Source: Hormiphora californensis (Eukaryota > Animalia > Ctenophora). Taken from it: a DNA stretch of 64,000 bases. The translations under genes and the position numbers were made by a program. Every line of letters starts with the position of its first letter. Position 1 is the first letter of the stretch. Below the pieces are notes generated by a model. It was not told where the DNA came from, ran no database searches, and saw only the letters and a program-made list of their open reading frames with translations. Below, piece by piece: positions 59,749 through 64,000 of this stretch. The stretch lies in NCBI GenBank assembly GCA_020137815.1, contig CM035360.1, forward strand, positions 2,232,001 through 2,296,000. The letters run 5' to 3'.

Positions 59749-60903
59749 ATGTCGAATGGAAACAATACCTTTGACCAAAACGGTGTAGTCGGGGACGGCA
59801 GGGACCCCACAAATGGTGCTGATAGAACCAGGATAGAACCTGGGTTAGAGTCAGGCAATTTCGCCGATGCGGTGAAAGCAGCGGAGGCAGCTTTTGAAAG
59901 AAAGCTGGAGGAATTACTCAGGAAGGAAAACCTTCACGATCTGCCGGAGGAGAATAAACAGGGAATTAAAGCCCTGTTAAAATTGCAGAGAGCCTTGGGA
60001 GGAAACAAGGAACTAGATACCCGCTTATTGACAGCGGGAATGAGACAGCCGCTGGTGTACTCACCTGCACAAATGACTATAAGACAGTTCCTCTGTGGTT
60101 ATGAGGCCTTTGTTAATGTCTTGGGGCTGAGTGAAGCAGCCATTATCGGAGGTTTTGTAACATACCTGCCACCAAAAATGCAGGAACGAATTGTCGAATC
60201 GAACCTGGACACGTCGTCCTGGGCTGTGTATAAGGAGGGTGCTCGGAGAATTCTAGAGGATAGCTCTAGATATAACGCATTAAAAGCGCGATTTGATATT
60301 CGAAATTCCAGCCAAAAAGCTGGTGAATCAGTGCATGAATTCGGAGAGAGACTCCGAGATTTGGGTAACATTGGATTCCCTAACACGGATCCAATTGCAA
60401 GGAGTAGTAGGGACTCGGTAATGAAAGATGCTCTAGCTGCGGGCATTATAAATGATGAGGTTAGCATACAGCTAATTCGGAACATTAATAATATGAATTT
60501 TAATAGACTCCTTGAGGAGGCTATAACGCTTGAAATCTCGCATCAGGCCCGGAAAACCATCCGGGGGAGAGTTGTTGAGAGAAGAGAAGAGACTGTAGCA
60601 GTTCCAGTTCGCAGAACTGAATTCCCACATATGAATCGATCTGGGCCCTCACGACAGTTTGAGGAATATACCCCCAATAACGGATCTGATTACCAATATC
60701 AGAATAACATGCAGTACGATAATGATCGAACACCACGTTGGGAGTGTTCAGATTGTTGGGGAAGGTATCCCGGGAACTCCAGAGAGTTAAACTCTGGAGG
60801 ACAAAGTTGGTCTGACGACCGCAATAATTGGGACAACGGATCTGAGTACCATAATGACTGGTCTAATTACAGTAATTATCCTGGAAACCAGGGCTGGAAT
60901 TAA
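59749..60903 (+). CDS. Retrotransposon gag-like protein (384 aa)
   Basis: QKAGESVHEFGERLRDL matches the retrotransposon gag Q..GESV..F..RL motif; a protease-like remnant with a stop follows. Confidence 0.75.
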   Translation: MSNGNNTFDQNGVVGDGRDPTNGADRTRIEPGLESGNFADAVKAAEAAFERKLEELLRKENLHDLPEENKQGIKALLKLQRALGGNKELDTRLLTAGMRQPLVYSPAQMTIRQFLCGYEAFVNVLGLSEAAIIGGFVTYLPPKMQERIVESNLDTSSWAVYKEGARRILEDSSRYNALKARFDIRNSSQKAGESVHEFGERLRDLGNIGFPNTDPIARSSRDSVMKDALAAGIINDEVSIQLIRNINNMNFNRLLEEAITLEISHQARKTIRGRVVERREETVAVPVRRTEFPHMNRSGPSRQFEEYTPNNGSDYQYQNNMQYDNDRTPRWECSDCWGRYPGNSRELNSGGQSWSDDRNNWDNGSEYHNDWSNYSNYPGNQGWN

Positions 60904-62497
60904 CAGCGGGGGCCGGGGAGTAACCATGGTCCTGTAGAGGGAATAGATTCTCTGATTTAGGTACACCCTCAAATATAATGGGGGCTGTTAACGAGGTGGA
61001 CGCGGATGGCGTGAGAAACACCTCGGCAGGAGTCCTTGTCACAATTAGCATTGGGAGTCAGAAGGTGGAAGCGTAAATATTACACACCTGTGTCTATTAA
61101 CTGCGTGTGGAAATATAATATCCACGGGTACGGTTTGGTGAATAATAAGTGAATAAAGGCTCTAATTTTAGTAGAGACCCCTGTGAATGGAATCTGATTA
61201 GTGCATAGGGCACTACTATGAGTTGTGCAGTGTGTACTGTGCGCGACAGTTTGATCGAATGAGTATCGGGCTAGCTCCACATACTGTGGAGATACAAGTA
61301 TATTTTGTTGTTGCAGATGTTGCTGATATCCAGGGGCTGAACAATAATCCCCTGCTGATTTGTCTCTTACATGTGGGAGGAAACATGATACCTCGCTCAG
61401 TCAGGTCCCCAGTTATGAGGGGTGTTGTATATTATTTTGAATTTGAAAGCAGAGGATACCATCCTCTCATCATCATGTGAAGGTATTCCATATATTGGAT
61501 GGAAGTCAAGAAGTGATGTAATACACCATTGATGTATACTGTTGATCACCATTGATCATTCTGTAAGGTGCGTGTTTGGATATCCAGTGGATATTATCCA
61601 CCGGGGGATAGTATTCCGATTTAACCGGTCAATGCGACTGAATTGTTGTCTTGTGTAATGACAAGTGACCAATATCAGGTAGAAGTTGAACTACCTAAAG
61701 GCTATGAAATTGGGCTCTGTATGCCCACTATTTACTGTTCCAGAGTAGGATGATTTAAACCCGGAACGGGTGAAAGGTGTAATTGACACGGTGGGATGGG
61801 AGTGACCCATATTCATAACCCACTCATTGGAATCATTGGAGAGGAGTACGATCACCAGACAGAAGAGATAATGATGGCTTGAGGAAAAGTCGGGGACAAG
61901 TGGTGATGGAAGCTACAGTTGACGGCACAGTATTCAACCACCGGATATGATATGAGATATACTACGTACAACGAATAAGGTAAGAAAAGTCTGCACTGTT
62001 GGGGGAGGTAAATAGATTTTGTTAGGCATTGCCTGGGTGGGGGTGTTTTCCCACCGGGGTGGAGGTATTTTCCACCGGAATATTGAAATGTAATTAAGTA
62101 TGGCCATGGCCCTGTTCAATGTTTGTAAGTGAATGCATGTAATTGTATTGAGTGCAGTGAATTAATAAGTGAATACAGGTAGTTGTATGGTGTGCAGTGA
62201 ATAACTAGCGAACAGGGCACCTGGGAAATTGTAGGGGAAGTGTGTCATACAGGTACCCAGGAGAGATCCGCTGGGATCTGCTCTTCCTTTTGGCGTTCTT
62301 TCTTGGGTATTTGAGCAGTGTATGCTACCTTTTCCTTTGATTTTACCAGAAGACTCCCCCATGAATATATAGGATATATAATATGTATTATGTAAGTATG
62401 ATCTGATATGATGTGTTATTATTGGTGAATGTAAATGAATGTACTGTTAGTGGTGATAGTCCGCTTGTAGTGGAGATAGTGGAGATAGTCCACTAAA

Positions 62498-62637
62498 CTC
62501 AATGTACTTATTGTGGATAATTCCACCGATAACTCAATGTACTGTTAGTGGATAATTCCACCGATAACTCAATGTACTGATAGTGGATATTCCACTGATA
62601 ACTCAATGTACTGGTAGTGGCTGATATTCCACTATTA
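62498..62637. repeat. 35-bp tandem repeat (~4 copies) next to a truncated pogo-like MITE end
   Basis: Unit approx. CTCAATGTACTGTTAGTGGATAATTCCACCGATAA. Confidence 0.8.
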
Positions 62638-64000
62638 TAGTCGGACCCAAATTTACCGGGCCCCGATTTACCGGAACCCCAATTTACCGGGAGGGTAAAC
62701 TTCCCCCAAAATAGGAAATTTACGGTATTTGACCCCGATTTACCGGGCAATGCAGTACTGGGAATATGAACCAGTTTTATAAGTTTGAATGCATAGCAGC
62801 ATTATCAAGTGTGATGTGTTTAATTTAAGCAAGACCTCTGACCTATCTTGCTGATTTATTATGGAATGACAAGCTTAGCTTCTAAGCTGGTATGCTCAAT
62901 CTGTGCAGGGATGAACCCTACACAAGCAGGCAGGCGAATTATGCTCAAACACGAGTAGTTTATGGGGAATGGGGAATGGACCCCCATTGTGAGAATCAAA
63001 ATGGGGTCTGGCGCCGCCAGACAGGAACCCATGGGTATTGAAGAAGACCGATACAATATGTTGAGTAATTGTGGCGAGTAATCGTGCTCAAATGAGAGCA
63101 GTTTATAGCTAATGGGTAATGAACCCACATTGTGAAATGTGATGAGAATTTATGCTCAAATAAGAGTAGTTTATGCAGCCAATAGAACCATCCGTTGTGT
63201 ACCTGGATCCACACTCAAAGTGGAATATATCGGTCAATACATAATCGATGGTATTGTTTTGTGTACAGTTCAAGACTGTAATTAGAGCACATAATAGTCT
63301 AGATTCTATGCGGTGAATCAACAGCTCGTGTCTGGGCGGTAGTATTGAAATTAACTACTGGGCGATCATTGATCGACAGTTGTCCGGCCAAGTGGCCACG
63401 GTTTTGAAGAAATGAGAATAGGGTCAGGCCAAAGTTCTGACAGATTAGTGACATAATATGGGGAAATTATACTCCATGTGAATGGAGTTGAAACTACCAA
63501 GCTAGATTGGTAATGATTGGACCGAGAAAATGAACTCTCGAACAGGCGTTAATTATTTTTACAAACTTCCTTGGGGAGAGGGGTGGATGCGGGGTCACTA
63601 TTATGTGCCCCCTAGCCTGTCATATATCCAACAGGAGTGGAACTACCGAAATGGTTTTGGTAATGGTTGGGCCGAGAAAATGGATACTCGGGCAGAAGCT
63701 ATTTCTCTTTGGAAACTTCCTTGGAGAGAGAGGTGGATGCGGGGTCACTGGATATGTGCCCCCTATGATAGTTAATAGTATGTTATAGATTCAGGGTTTT
63801 AGTTATCACTTGAAGTGATGTGATATATATAAAACCCCTGGTTGTATTTATGTGAATGGGCAAATCACCATGGCTCATATTAAGGTAGGGGATAGCACGC
63901 CCCATAGTTGTAACAGTATGTTCGGACATGCTCCGAGTTTGGTAATTCGGTTAAGGACCACCGATAACGGTTTTTGCAGAGGAGCTCCACAAGCCGATGT

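Larger units (their letters stand above)
59088..64000 (+). mobile_element. Second gypsy-like LTR element: putative LTR 59261-59717, intact gag, decayed pol, second LTR beginning at 63909
   Basis: 245-bp direct repeat 59088-59332/63736-63980; TG..CA followed by C-TGG; TATAAATA near 59554. Confidence 0.6.

Overview
Repeat-rich animal genomic DNA, most likely a ctenophore (Pleurobrachia-like, judged from recall of the CAGGAACCGACCG MITE family; not verified). The host gene is a spliced short-form RNase Z (ELAC1-like) on the + strand. Its last four exons lie at 5382-5748 and 56428-57065, separated by a single 50.7-kb intron. That intron holds two antisense paralogous genes for secreted proteins (a ~140-aa Trp-rich domain plus a sushi domain) and a 37.3-kb non-autonomous Ty3/gypsy-like LTR element at 15649-52946 (minus strand). 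The element has apparently identical 684-bp LTRs, a 4-bp TSD, a tRNA-His-like PBS, a PPT and a CCHC gag. Its interior is decayed and carries LINE fragments, foldback elements, MITEs and intron-containing host-like exons. A recurring and unusual theme is that several unrelated TIR elements carry Pol III promoter modules: tRNA-like A/B boxes in their interiors and, in one case, a 5S rRNA internal control region in both arms facing inward. Also present are a Kolobok-like element with THAP and KolX/P2X7-ballast-like ORFs, a hammerhead-like Penelope-type insert, a third truncated sushi-family gene and a second gag-bearing LTR element at the right end. All coordinates and identities were read by eye.
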